Shown here in pieces: positions 27,739-41,200 of a stretch of 64,000 nucleotides of DNA (position 1 is its first letter; each line of letters begins with the position of its first letter). Under the pieces are notes generated by a model, which saw nothing but the letters and a program-made list of their open reading frames with translations, ran no database searches and was not told the origin of the DNA. Origin of the DNA: Basidiobolus meristosporus CBS 931.73. Taxonomy: Eukaryota; Fungi; Basidiobolomycota. The translations under genes were made by a program, and so were the position numbers. The stretch covers positions 1 through 64,000 of the forward strand of contig MCFE01000389.1 in NCBI GenBank assembly GCA_002104905.1, written 5' to 3'.

Positions 27739-30700
27739 TGTGGTGAGGTTGTATATATGTCCATGGGAGAGATATGTTCAATATTTCTCAATTGTTTTGT
27801 GTACTGGGTGTTCATCAGGTGCAATAACCTCTGTCAAATATTTGCTAGAAATTCTTAGGTCTTTTCTCTACTTTAATGTGAAGGGGAATAAAGTCACAAG
27901 CTTGTCAGGAGAAAAGTATTGAGCTACAATGCCCAACTTAATAGGGGTTGTATCAGAAGTATGTGCTCAGCTTAGCATCCTCTGAAACAGCAATATACTA
28001 AAGCTCCCAAAGTCAAAGCAACTATAGACTCCACCTGCAGAGACTTGATAAGAATGAATCTACAATCAATAGTTACAAGGTGAGAAAAGCATCTTTGCCT
28101 GGACAAGAACAAACTTGGATAAGAATCAAATGTACTCAAAGATATCTACCTTGAGTGTTCCTCACAGGTAGTGACTTCAAGGTAAATTGGCTGTCTGCAA
28201 GGTTTCCTAGGAGTGTCCTGTGGTCTGGGACTGGACATTTAGTTGGCAATAGATAGCAATGATCACACTAATCAACTGTTTTAAGAGTCTTGGAGATATT
28301 GGAAGTGATTAGGAGAAAAAGTAGATTATATGCTTTTCACTTAGTGATTTATTGAGTGTAAAAGTAGCATTTATACTTTTACATGGTCTTAGCACTACAA
28401 ACATGTAGAATAGGTTACAAAAGGTCCCAACAAGACATGTACAAAGTTGGGGCTGTTTGGACAACTTTGAGAATCTTCATGTTCTGGCAACCTGGTATTT
28501 TGTGAAAATATTTCAAGTAAATCCCAACAAGGAATTTGGTTAGTATTCCCTAGGATTTGAAGGTAATGATCTAAGTGACCATGTTAGGTGAGTGTTTAGG
28601 TGGAATTCCAAATTTTTACAACACTCCCACACAGCTAAATGCTCATACTGACTAGTCCCAATCTTGACCTAAGATACTCAAATTTGTCTTTATCTCACGG
28701 TCTTGTAAATATGGCTGCAATCATTTTATCCAAAGGACAGTAAACTAAGCTGACTAGCCTATTCTCTGTAGCTTCACCTATGGAATGATGCTTAATATCT
28801 ATGTGCCTATTCCTATCATGAGAAGCTGGATTTCTACCTAATTGTGTACATCCTTAGTCATCTTGAAATTAAGTAAGAGGCATTTTTGACATAGGCCTAA
28901 ATCTTTAAAAGGTTTCCTTAACCACATTGCTTCTTTTGCAGATTCACGGACTGCCATATACTCTGACTCTATAGTGAAGAGTGCTACAATTGGTTGCTTT
29001 CTTGAATTCCATGATATTGCTCCATCATAGTAAAGGATGGTGTATCCTGTAATGGATCTTCTGTCTTCTGAATTTTGTACCCAATGAGCATCAGAGTGTC
29101 TCACAAGTTGCTGTTCTGAGCTCTTACAAGTGTATCTTAAGCCAATATCAGCAGCTCCTTCTAGGAATCTTAAAATCTGCTCAACTGCTGCAACATGATC
29201 AGATCCATGGTTCTGATTGTGTTGGCTGACAACTCCTACTGAATATCAGATATTTGGACATGTGCAAGCATGATATACATTAAACTACCAACTTTAGATT
29301 GATAAGGAAAGTCAGGACTTTCAGATGGTACTAAGCTCTCTAAATTTGATTGAGTTTTGACCAAGCTGAGGTTTGTCTCCATTGGGGTAGCTGCCAGGTT
29401 ACAGTCTTCCATTTGGTACTTCTTTGGAATATCTTGAATATACCTGGATTGGCTTAGGATGATAGTCTGGGTAATTCTGTCTTTGGAGAACTTTATCCCT
29501 AATTAGTAACTGAGTTCTCCTAGATTGGACATCTTGAACTCCTTAGATAGGCTGGATTTAGTGTCTTCGGTTATTGCAAGGATATTAGAGGCTATAGTAA
29601 TGTCATCCACATATAGTGCTAATAGAACTGGATTTGCTCTATTTGGCTCATAGTAAGTGCTATAGTCAGCATTGCTGCTTTGAAACTCAAAGATTCCAAA
29701 TAAAATCTATTTTGCAATTCCAGGTTCTTGGTGATTGTTTGAGACCACATAGGGATTTTTTAAGCGTACAGACCAAGTGGGGGTTTTCTTAGCCAGCAAA
29801 CCCATCAGGCTGGTCCATTTACATGCCCTCTTCAAGTTCTCCATTCAAAATGCAGTTTCACATCCACTTGATGAATAAGAAATTTGTATTTGGCTGCAAT
29901 AGCCAATATTGATCTGATGGACTTAAACTTGGCTAATGGTGCAAAGGTCTCAGTATAGTCCAGTTCTTTTGCTTGAGAGTATCCTTAAGCCACAATTCTT
30001 ACTTTACATCTTTTGATTCTACCATCAGCCTTGTATTTGGTCTGAAAGACCCATCTCCATCCAAATGATTTTTGGTTGATTGGTAATTTGACTAAGTCCC
30101 AAGTTTGATTTTCCATTAGGGCCTGATATTCCTCAGTCATTGCAGATCTCCAAAACTTTGTCTGAAGGCTATTTAGCACTTCTTTACAGTTGGGGGCTCA
30201 TCAATATGGACTGAATAGGGATGGGCCAAATCTGTGCTGTCATTGATATAGTTATTTGGGCTTTTTCTTATCCATGTAGATCTCTGGGCATTTGATACTG
30301 GAAAGTTCATGGCTGGAATATTCCTGGACACTGATTCAGGCTGAACTACAGTTTTAGTGTCCTCTGGAGTGAAAATCCTTCATTGTTTTGCTCTGATTCA
30401 ATCTTGACAATTGGTGTACCTGAGATCAAATTCTTGTCATCATCTGATGTCATTTTTTGTAAAAATTTTGAACTTTCATCAAACAACACATACCTGGACT
30501 TGCTTAGCTACTTTGCTTTGGTATTTTAGAGTGTGTATGCTCTACTATCATTGCAGTAGCTCAATTATATGCACATTACACTTTTTAGCTTAAATTTTAA
30601 CTGATCTCTAGGCTGCTTCAGGGTATATGCTGTACACCCTAGTATTCTTAGATGTTCTGCACTTAGTCTGTATCCATACTACGCATCAAATGAAGTGTAA

Positions 30701-32930
30701 TCACAAAGTATTCTGCTATAACCCCTACTTCTAAGGTATACAGCTGTGGCAACTGATTGCACCCAAAAATCACAGGATAATCTTTCATCATGGATCAAAA
30801 ATCTTGCCATATCAATTATTGATCTGTTGGCACATTCTGCAACTCCATTTTGCTGTGGGGAGTATGGCACAGTAGTCTCTTGCTTTATCCAATGAGTTTT
30901 GCAGAAGTGGATGAAGAGTTTTAAGGTATATTCTCCACCATTGTCAGAGCGTATTTTCTTGATTTTTTCACCAGTTTCCCTCTCCACCATTGCTTTAAGC
31001 TCCCTGAGCATAGACACAGCTTCTTCCTTTCTCTTCATGAAGTAGACCAATCTGTATCTTGTATTGTCATCTACAAAAGTGATTAATTACTTCATCCTGC
31101 CCATGGATAAATTTTGCATGAGTCCCCACAGATATGAGTGAACTAATTCTAATTTTTTCTTTGTATTGCTTAGCCAGAGCTCTTGAATGGTTCCCTGCCA
31201 TGTTTTCTGTATATGCTGGCTTCACAGTACTCCAAATTATCTGGGGATTGGTTCTTGCTCTGGAAATTTGCTAATTTTTCATCCTTTGCATAAATAATCA
31301 AAATTGATTTGTCCAAATCTCCTATACCCAAGAATTAGTGTTTCTTCTTTTAAATTACTTACATTGGCTTCCACAAGTGAAAAAATATAAGTCAGCTTAT
31401 ACAGATTCTGAGCTCTGAGACCTGAAGCAATATAAGCGCCATTTTGATCAGTGATCCTGCATCCAGAGTTGTCAATGCTAAAACTGGGTCTTTCTGCCAT
31501 GGCCTTGCTTACAGATGGTAGGTACTTGACTATTTCTGGTACATAGCTTAGTGATTGAAAGGTCAGTTTATAGCTTCCTTCACTGCTACTAAGGTTTAGT
31601 TGGAGAGTTCCTTCCCCCACTGCAACCCATGTTCTATTATCACCCATAAAACCTTGTTAATTAGAATATCTTGATATTGGGTAAAAAGTTGTATTTGCTG
31701 TATAAAGTGTTGAGATGCTCCAGAATCAGTGTATCTCATCTGCAAATCCTTGTTTGTGGTCACATTTAGTGCAGATATGAAAAGTCCGTCATCAGTTGTT
31801 GCAGCATTTTGATATTCAGGCTGCCTTTGGTTATTATCTCTCTTTTTGAGACACAGGTTGGACATGTGTCCTTTCCTTTTGCTATAGCGGCAAAGCAGGT
31901 TGTTGCTGTCATTTTAGGGTCTTAGGTACCTTCTTTGTAGGTTATCATAGCTTATTAAAGCATTTTCTTCTTCCTTTGTATTGGCGCTCAATTTTCATAA
32001 TTTTTCCTCTAGGAGCCTTCCACATATTGATATAAGCTCAAATCTTCAGTTCTGGACTCTAGTGCCAATACAGAGCCCTGAAGCCTGTCTGTCAGGCTAT
32101 TCAGAATGGTTGCTATCACATCCTCATTGGTAGTTGGTACACACACAGATTCCATCTCATCCACCAGCAGGGTAACTTGATTAAACAGATATATTATTTC
32201 TTCTCCTGGCTGCATCTTTGTAGCAAGAAATTTTTGCCTCATATACATTTTCTTAGAAGCCAAGCATGACTAGTAGGTGTCTTCTAATGCCTTCCAGGCA
32301 TTCTTAGCCATTTTTGCTCTTGATCATTAAATTAGCAATCTGTCCTTAATATTAAGGCAAATGCAATTAAAGGCACCTTGTTATTTCTTCTGGTACTTTT
32401 AGGCTCCCTCTCCCATGTTCTTAGGAGAAATTTCTTCTCCCATGACAATATCCCAAAGGCCTCTTTCTTGTAACAGCATCTTCCTCTTCACCTTCCACAC
32501 TTAGTAGTCAGATCTATCCAACTTTTCAGCAGAGGGAAAAACCCCAGTTATAGCAGTTGTAGACATTGCTGAGTGACAGCTTGGGGCTCATAGCCTTTTG
32601 TAAGAATCTTGGATATATTGCAAGTGATTGGGAGAACAAGTAGATCTTGTGGCTTTTACTTAATGATTTATTGAATGCAAAAGTAGTACTTGTACTTTTG
32701 CATGGTCTTGGTATTATTAGCATGTAGAATAAGCTAAGGAAGGTCCCAAGAGCATGTGTGCAAGGTTGAGGGCTGCTTAGACAACTTTGAGAATTTTCAT
32801 GTTATTGGTAGATGGTTTTTTGGTAAAAAAACACATGGAATAAAACTAAAATATAGGTGGAAGAAAACATAGCAGTCAAAAGTATGGAAATGAGAACATC
32901 TGTCAGTAAGTATCTCCATGACCCCACTGC
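27739..32930 (-). repeat. Older G1 LTR copy split by copia A (pieces ~27739-28276 and ~32836-32930)
   Basis: Both pieces align with 44940-46010, and the host CACTA-family sequence resumes at 32931. Confidence 0.72.
28277..32815 (-). mobile_element. Ty1/copia element A (decayed; 5' LTR truncated)
   Basis: 3' LTR 28277-28623 with PPT; RNase H (SRKQPIVALFTIESEY), RT, integrase (KIRSDNGGEY) and gag in copia order; PBS (reverse complement) 32583-32595; second LTR from 32596. Confidence 0.92.
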
Positions 32931-34399
32931 TGTGGTGCAACAACTTTATTTACAATGATTACCTTAGGGTGTCATCATTGAATCTTACATTCCTGTAGGT
33001 TCAATGTTTCATATACAGGACTATCTGCAACTTATCAGAATATTGACAAAAAAGTGATAACATTGCATTACATTATTTAGTATCACACTGATTACCCCAT
33101 GCAAAGGACTACTTTGATTCAGTTCAGAAAGAAAAGTGAAAATGACCATGTGGCTTTTGTAATAATGCTCTCAGTCATGCAGCATGCAGATAGTATAAGA
33201 AGTATAACAAGGATCAAGGCCTATGCTTTGCCACACAAGTCATATTTGGCCATTGATCAATCACTAAAGTACTACCTAATATTTTGCAAGCCATTTGGTA
33301 CTTCTTCAACAGTACCTGGCTGTACTTGCCACCTTGTACAAACTGAGTCAGGTGAGCTTTTAACATCTTCTAGCTAACCTCAAACTTTTAAATAAGACCT
33401 GTAGAGTGTTAGCACTACTGAAGAAGGCACACTGATGTGTTGTGAGACTATCTCCCATCAAAGTGGTACCCTGCATATTCTCAGCAAAATCCCAATATCC
33501 AAAGAGAAAACAAACATGTAGAAATGCCAAGGATTCCTTACAGAACTAGTTAAGGACAAAAGTACTCTTATTGACAAATGATGTGCTGTTGTGGCTGCAG
33601 AACAGTGTGTCTCCACCAATATTTAACAGTGACTTGAGGATTTATTGATACTTTTTGCAAGAATCATTACAGGATGTAACTTCCACATAGATAGTACAAA
33701 TGGACAACTGACATGCAGCTAGCAATAAGTGACCAGACACTTTCCTGATAACATCATGTGTCAATAGTTATGTAGCATTCATATTGAATAATGACAACAC
33801 TGCAGGTGTCTAACTTGTCCAGAACCAAAAATTAGTACCTCTTAGTCACGGGACATTAACTTTGTGATGGCCTTTTGATGGGATCATCTCAATGATTTTT
33901 CACAGGGTACCTCCAACATTTATGAGTGTTAGTAGCCTAATGCCTCTTTTTCACACTGTTTACTCTCCAACTCAACTGGTGTGCATACTTATGGTGTACA
34001 CAAACTGCTTGTTTCTGAAGAATGATAAGTTGAAACTCAATTGTAAACTGTACTGACCTATACAAGTTCCTTTACCCAACACTAATATTTAGCTCATCCA
34101 TATACTAAATAAGTAACTTTGTTAAAGTCCATTGTTTATTAAATATTTCTGCTTTAACACCCTTTTCCATGACTTTGGTGGAAACCTTATGGTTTTATGC
34201 CATTGCTCATTCACTGGCTCTCATATAAACTGGTTTTGAGCCAGCACCGCAAGGTATATGGCCTCATCTGCCAGTCCTTCTATTATCTCCTTGCAATATT
34301 CAGTTGTCTATCCTTAAGCATTGCTCTTGATGAAGATTTAGTTGGTTCTAGATAGATGGCATCAGTTAGTGAGAACTGCAACCTTTTTCTTACACTTCT

Positions 34400-37300
34400 C
34401 TGTCACTGTGTAGATACCTATGAGAAATTATTGAGGTCATCCCATCAAAAAGCTTTCACAAAGTTAAAATCACATGACTAAGAGGTACTGATCTTGTCAT
34501 GACACTGTGCAGACGCCATTAAAAAATAATCACACTCCAGATTGCACAAAAAACTTAGTCAAATTGTTTCATCACCACAATATATACGTGGCTTTTGATT
34601 GGTTCCCTGTCAATTTGCTTGCTTTCTGATCCCAGACACTCTATTGCCTCCAACATTTGTGTGCATTGATTGGCTATTGCCTCTTTTTCACACTCCTTAC
34701 TTCCTGACTCAACTGTTTCTCTTACTTTTCAAGTGTACAAATTGATTTGTTTCTGTTGAAGCCTCAGTTGTACATTGATTGCCAATTGTAGTGACCTATA
34801 CAAGTCCCTATACTTTACACTAACATTAAGTTCAACCCCACACTCAACAAATAACTCCATTAAAATCCACCACCCAATAAGTATTTTTGCAGTAACACTC
34901 TGGTTCCATAACTTTGGTGGGAACCCAACAGCTTTATGCCACTGTCATTCACTGGTTCCCACATGTTGCGGTCTTCAGCCAGCACTGCAAGGTCTAGCAC
35001 CTCTTCTGCCAGTCTTTGCTATAAGTCCTTGCAATAATCCAGTGCATCTTCTTGAGCACTGCTCTTGGAGAAGTGCTGCAACCTCTTGGTGTGCCCATTA
35101 ATGTTCCAAAACTCCACTGAAGGCAATGTGATAGTCTTTCAAGCTCTTGACATTGTAGCTGTGTCTGTCAGTGGGATCTCCACTGTGTCAACAATGGAGG
35201 CTGTGGTAGAAAAATTACCTTTTCAGCAAACTCATCTGCCTTACTGGAATGTAGCTCAACTGGCTGCACTTCCAACTCATGTAAAAACAGCTGTTTTCTT
35301 GTTGGTAATTCTTCTTGGCTATGATCAGATTCTGTCTATTCCAGGCTTGCGGTGCTAATTGGTGAGAACTGCAGTTTTTTTGCATGCCTCCCTGTCTCAT
35401 GCCTGGGTAGACATTTTTCCTTTTCCCTTTTCCTTTATTGCTGCCAGTGCTTTCACTGCTGCTTTGTCTGAGTGCTTCTTGTAACAAACTACATTTTATC
35501 CTGGATAAATTCTGCTTCAACACATCCATTTTGGCCTGCTTTTCCCTTCCTAGCACTCTTCTGTCAACCTGATGTTTCTTCACCACTTGTTTTGAGCTCT
35601 CAACCATAGCTGTCACAGGCTCCTGTAAAAGAGGCTGGTTTTTTTCTTTGATGAAGAAGGTTCACTGATGGATTTTGTGTCTATCTCCCCTAACAACAGT
35701 ACCACATATAAGCCTGGTCAAATTACTATATGCAATGAGACAACACCCATTTAAACAAATGCCAAGGATACTTTATGCAGCCAAGTGAGCCCAGTAATCC
35801 ATTTACTTGCAAGTGATGTAATGTTGTGGTTACAGAAGTGGCACATTTCTGCAAATATTAGTAATGGGGGCTTTAAGGATTTATTACTACTTCTAGCCAA
35901 AATCATACTGGGATGCAACTTACCATGTATATGGTACAAGTAGACAACCCTCATGCGGCTGGCAACATATGATCCAGCAACTGTCCTGATTCCAGCATGT
36001 GACAACAGTTGCATAGCACTCACATCCAAAAATGCTACCATTGCAACAAGTCCAAATTGTCAGGAACCCACCACTATTGAGGAAAAGCATTCTTCACACT
36101 CCCGATATATTCCTGTAATACCCTGTTTGAGGAAGCCTATGCTGTCCAACAAGTATTGCAAAGCTATACAGTATTGCACTCAGTATCAATATAAGCACAA
36201 ACATATCCAACACGTTTGATAGCAAACATTACAAACAGCCAAGAAGCAAGGGCTACTTTAAAGGTATGTATGACCATGCCTTTGCTTTGGCACTTGATGG
36301 ATTCTCATTAAACAAGTACCCTACCAGCAAATCCTGCTGGCCACTAATTCTCATCAATTTGAATCTGCAGCCCATCCTGCAGTATCAGAGTAATAATCTG
36401 ATGAAAATCTCACTAGTATCTTGGCCTAAATCACCATCCAACCTGGATAGCTACCTGTATCCATTGCTGGATGAATTTTGTATGCTCTCCAGCAGAATAA
36501 CAGTAAATGGTTATCATGTAAAAGCGCATATTATTATCTGCATTGGAGGTACCTCAGCCATCAGCAAGATAGCAGGTTTTGCTGGGCACCATGGAATGTA
36601 TTGCTGTTAAATGTGTGAGATCCAGGGGATTTACTGCACAACTTAAACACATTATTATTACCAAAACACCAGCACTAAGAGCATTATCTTTCCACAGAGA
36701 GAATGTACAGAAGTAAGTATGCAATTGCAGCAAAGTTGGCTAGCCATAAGCCATTGACCAGAATATGGAATCAATTGGAAGCCAGAGATACTTAAGATAG
36801 TGGGTATTTGTTGGAGCAAAAGCTTTTCACTGGGTGCAAGGCATTTGCTTTTCAACAATATTCCTATACTGATGACCAAGTTGTACATGGTGCATATCAA
36901 GTTAAATGAACCCTTTGAGATACAGTAGAAATTTGAAAGAATTGGCAAGATATTTCAGAGTATCCCCTACCCTAGGTACTTCTCATAGGTTCCAATTAAT
37001 ATTCATACGCATATTCAACAATACAAATGCAATGACTGGATGAACTTAACATGTATTTTTTCAAGTGGTGTTCTAAAGCCATTCTGACCAAGAGTACATT
37101 TGAAGCATTGGGAGTCTTATATTTACACTGTAGGAATATTTATCCAGAAGCAGACCACCAATGCCAACTTGACACATCTACAGTTGTTGTGGGAGGAGTT
37201 TGTGACAGGATTTGAGCTGCTATCCTACAAACATAAAGCTGAGCACATAGATCTCTGCCACTACTGTATCCATTCTCTACTCCATATAGCACTACGTGTG

Positions 37301-38273
37301 GAGAATATTGAGCCTTGCTTCACCTTTTGGGAGTTTCCTATGGAGCAGATGTGTGGGGAGATAGGAACACAAGTCAAGTTGCAGGTTCTACCATATCCCA
37401 ATCTCAACAAGACTATTACCTTCAAGTCTGTCATGGATGTGATGAGTTGGCACATGGAGGACAGCCAGGAAGAGTTGGAAAATAATGAGGACAAATGTGC
37501 ACATGGAGACACCTATGCCTATTACATTAAGAAGCTAAGTAGCTTCAATGCATGGGTAATCAGGTAAGTAATGCAAAGTAGGGTTGGGGGCAACAAGCAA
37601 CTAATTTTTATCAGGAAAGTTCTACCAAGGTATGCCAGATTTCTCATGGTAACAAGTCAACTCTGCACCATTCAATATGGAATTTACACAAACAAAAGCC
37701 AGAGCACACCTCTAAGGGTTACTAGAATCCAGCTGGGAGAAGGAATTTATTGGCTAAATACCAAGATGTTCTTTGTGGATATTTAGGAGGTATTTATGGC
37801 AGAAGTGGTAACAACTAAGTATAAGTATGCAAGATGTATATGTAACCAGCAGTACAAGATATATGGCAACTTTGCAAGTATTGCACTAAAAAGCTGTAAA
37901 GTTGAGATGATAGAAGTATGTCAATAGTGGCAGGTGTGCATGTTTGTGGAGGTTAGTAAGCAGGAGGCCATATTTTTTTTGATTTGAACTGTATGTGGAA
38001 TACCCAAGGTAGTAGTGGGAAAGCAAATAAAGACAGGTAATTCTACAGTGGAATATATGAATTGCCCAAGGGGAGGTAGAAAAAGGAAATACCATTTGGT
38101 AAATTGATACAGTGGCATTATACAGAACCAGCAGTAGGCCATCACCATGCCAATATAATGCCATCAGAGTCTTGCTGTGAGACCATCAAAGTACTGTCAA
38201 GTTTCTTGCCAAATGCGGCAAATGGATGTCCTGGCCAATTGGATACACTTAAAATAGCTATAGAGCACCAAAA
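34400..38273 (+). mobile_element. Longest CACTA/En-Spm-type copy: middle region plus Tnp2 transposase relic
   Basis: 36266-36610 ALALDGF...CWPLILINLNL...PKSPSNLDSYLYPLLDE...GHHG and 37100-37567 HSLLHIA...FWEFPMEQMCG are Transposase_21 and downstream CACTA motifs. Confidence 0.82.
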
Positions 38274-41200
38274 TGTTGTAAGAGTCTTGGAGGTATTGGA
38301 GGTGATTAGGAGAAGTAGATCATGTCGTTTCACTTAATGTTTCTTTGAATATAAAAGTAGCATATATACTTTTACATGGTCTTGGCATAAAAAATATGTA
38401 GAATAGGTTAAGAAAGGTCCCATGAATATGTGTGCAAAGTTTGGGGCTGTTTGGTCAACTTCGAGAATTTTCATGTTCTGGGTGCCCATATTTTGGTGAA
38501 AATATTCCAAGTAAATCCCAACAAGGAATTTGGTCAGTATTCTCTAGGATTTGGATTTAATGATCTAAGTGACTAAGTTAGGTGAATATTTAGGTGGAAT
38601 TCCAAACTTTTACAACACTCCCACTCAGCTAAATGTTCATACTGACTAGTCCTAATTTTGTCCTAAGATATTCAAACTTGTCTCTAGGCAATGGTTTGGT
38701 AAATAGACTTGTTGCATTGGATAGTGCCACATTGAGCTATGAGTGCCAAATGATGCCACAGTATGCCAGAGAGGCCAAGTGAACCTATACTTGGCCACAG
38801 AGTGTTAAACATAGCTCTGCATCTTCATTCAAAGCAGCCCCTGTGTTTCATCTATGATACAGGAGAAAATGCATTTTTTGGCGTTTTTTTGTGGATCAAT
38901 GTTGTGCAGGATGTGTAAGAGCACAGAAGGACTGACAACATACATCAGGTACTCAATACCAATGGCAATCTGAATCTAGCTCTTATGTCTTTTAACATGC
39001 AACAAAAATGCATGGCACTATCTTGGTCCACTGGTACTATCTGGCACTATATTCAATTATCAGCACTAAAGTAAGATCTATACAAAGCACTTATAGTGCC
39101 AGATAGTACCAGTGGACCAAGATAGTGCCATGCATTTTTGTTGCATGTTGAAAGACACAAGCGCTAGAGTCAGATTGCCATGGGTATTGAGTACCTGATG
39201 TATGTTGTCAGTCCTTCTGTGCTCTTACACATCCTGCACAACATTGATCCACAAAAAAATGCCAAAAAACGGATTTTCTCCTGCATCATAGGTGAAACAC
39301 AGGGGCTGCTTTAAATGAAGATGCAGAGCTATGTTTCACACTCTGTTGCCAAGTATAGACTCACTTGGCCTCCCTGGCGCACTATGGCAGCATTTGGCAC
39401 TCATAGCTCAATGTGGCACCATCCAATGGAACAAGTCTAGTATGTCTGCAATCATTTCATCTGTAGGACAGTAAGCTCATCTAACTAGTTTATTCTGTAT
39501 AATGTCATGTATGAAATGATGTCTAATATCTATGTGCTTGGCTCTAGCATGATAAGTTGGACTTCTACCTAATTTTATACATTGTTGATTATCTTGAAAT
39601 AAAGTAAAAGGCATTTTCTAACATAGGCCTAAATCTGTAGAAAGCTTTTTTAACCACATTGCTTCTTTTGTAGCTTCACAGGCTGCCATGTACTCTGCCT
39701 CTGTGGTAGAAAGTGCTATGGTTGGTTGCTTCCTTGAATTCCATGAAATTGCTCCTTTACAGTAAAGAACAGTGTATCCTGTGGTGGATCTTCTGTCTTC
39801 CAAATTTTGTCCCCAATCAGCATCAGAGTATCCCACAAGATCCTGTTCTGAATCCTTATAAGTGTATCTTAAGCAGATATCAGCAGTTCCTTTTAGGTAT
39901 CTAAAAGTCCACTTAACTGCTGCAATATGATCAGAACCATAGTTCTGATTATGTTGGCTGACAATTCCTACTGAATATGAGATATCTGGACGTGTTTCAA
40001 GAATGATATACATCAGACTGCCAATTATATATTGATAAGGAAAGTCAGGACTTACAGATGGCACCAAGCTCTCTTGATTTGGTTGAGTTTTGACCAAGTC
40101 TAGGCTTGTCTCCATTGGGGTAGCTGCCGGTTTACAGTCTTCCATTTGGTACTTCTTTGTTATATCTCAAATATACTTGGATTGGCTTAGGGTGATAGTC
40201 TGGGTACTTGTGACTATGAAGAACTTAATCCCTAATAGTAACTGAGTTCTCCTAGATCAGACATCTTGAACTCCTTAGATAGGCTGGATTTAGTCTCTTC
40301 CAATGTTTCTAGGCTATTGGAAGCTACAACAAGATCATCCACATATAGAGCTAATAGAACTGTATTTGCTCTATCTGGCTCATAGTATATACTATAATCA
40401 GCATTACTCCTTTTGAAACTCTACAATTCCAAATAAGAATCTATCTTGCAATTCCAGGCTCTTGGTGATTGTTCAAGACCAGATAGTGACTTTTAGGCTT
40501 GCAGACTAAATGGAGGTTATCTTGGCCAGCAAACCCATTAGGCTGGTCCATAGACACGTCCTCATCAAGTTCTCTATTCAAAAATGCCATTTTTACATCC
40601 ATTTGATGAATAAAAAGCTTATATTTGGCTGCAGTACCCAATATTAATCTAATGGAATTAAACTTTGCTACTGGTGCAAAGGTCTCAATATAGTCAAGTC
40701 CTTTTCTTTGAGAGTATTCTTTGGCCACAAGTCTTGCATTGTATCTTTCAATTTTACCATTGACCTTATATTTTGTCTTGAAGACCCATCTGCATCCATA
40801 AATTTTTGGTTGATTGGTAATTTGACTAAGTCCCAAGTTTGATTTTCAATCAAAGCCTATATTCCTTGGTATTGCTGATCTCCAAAACTTTGGGATATTT
40901 GTTTGCAGATCTCCAAAACTTTGTCTGAGGGCTACTTAGGGCCTCTTTTACAGTCTGCAGCTCATCAACATGGACTGAATAGGCATAGGCTAAGTTTGTA
41001 CCCTCATTGATATAATAATTTTGGCTATTTCTTGTCCAATTGGATCTCTGGGCATTTGATACTAGAATGATCACTTCTGGGATATCCCTAGACACTGATT
41101 TAGGCTTAGCAACAGTTGTAGAGTCCTCTGGAGTGAAAAAAGTCTCATTGTTTTGCTCTGATTCAGTCCTGACAATTGGTGGACTTGAGATCAGATTTTG

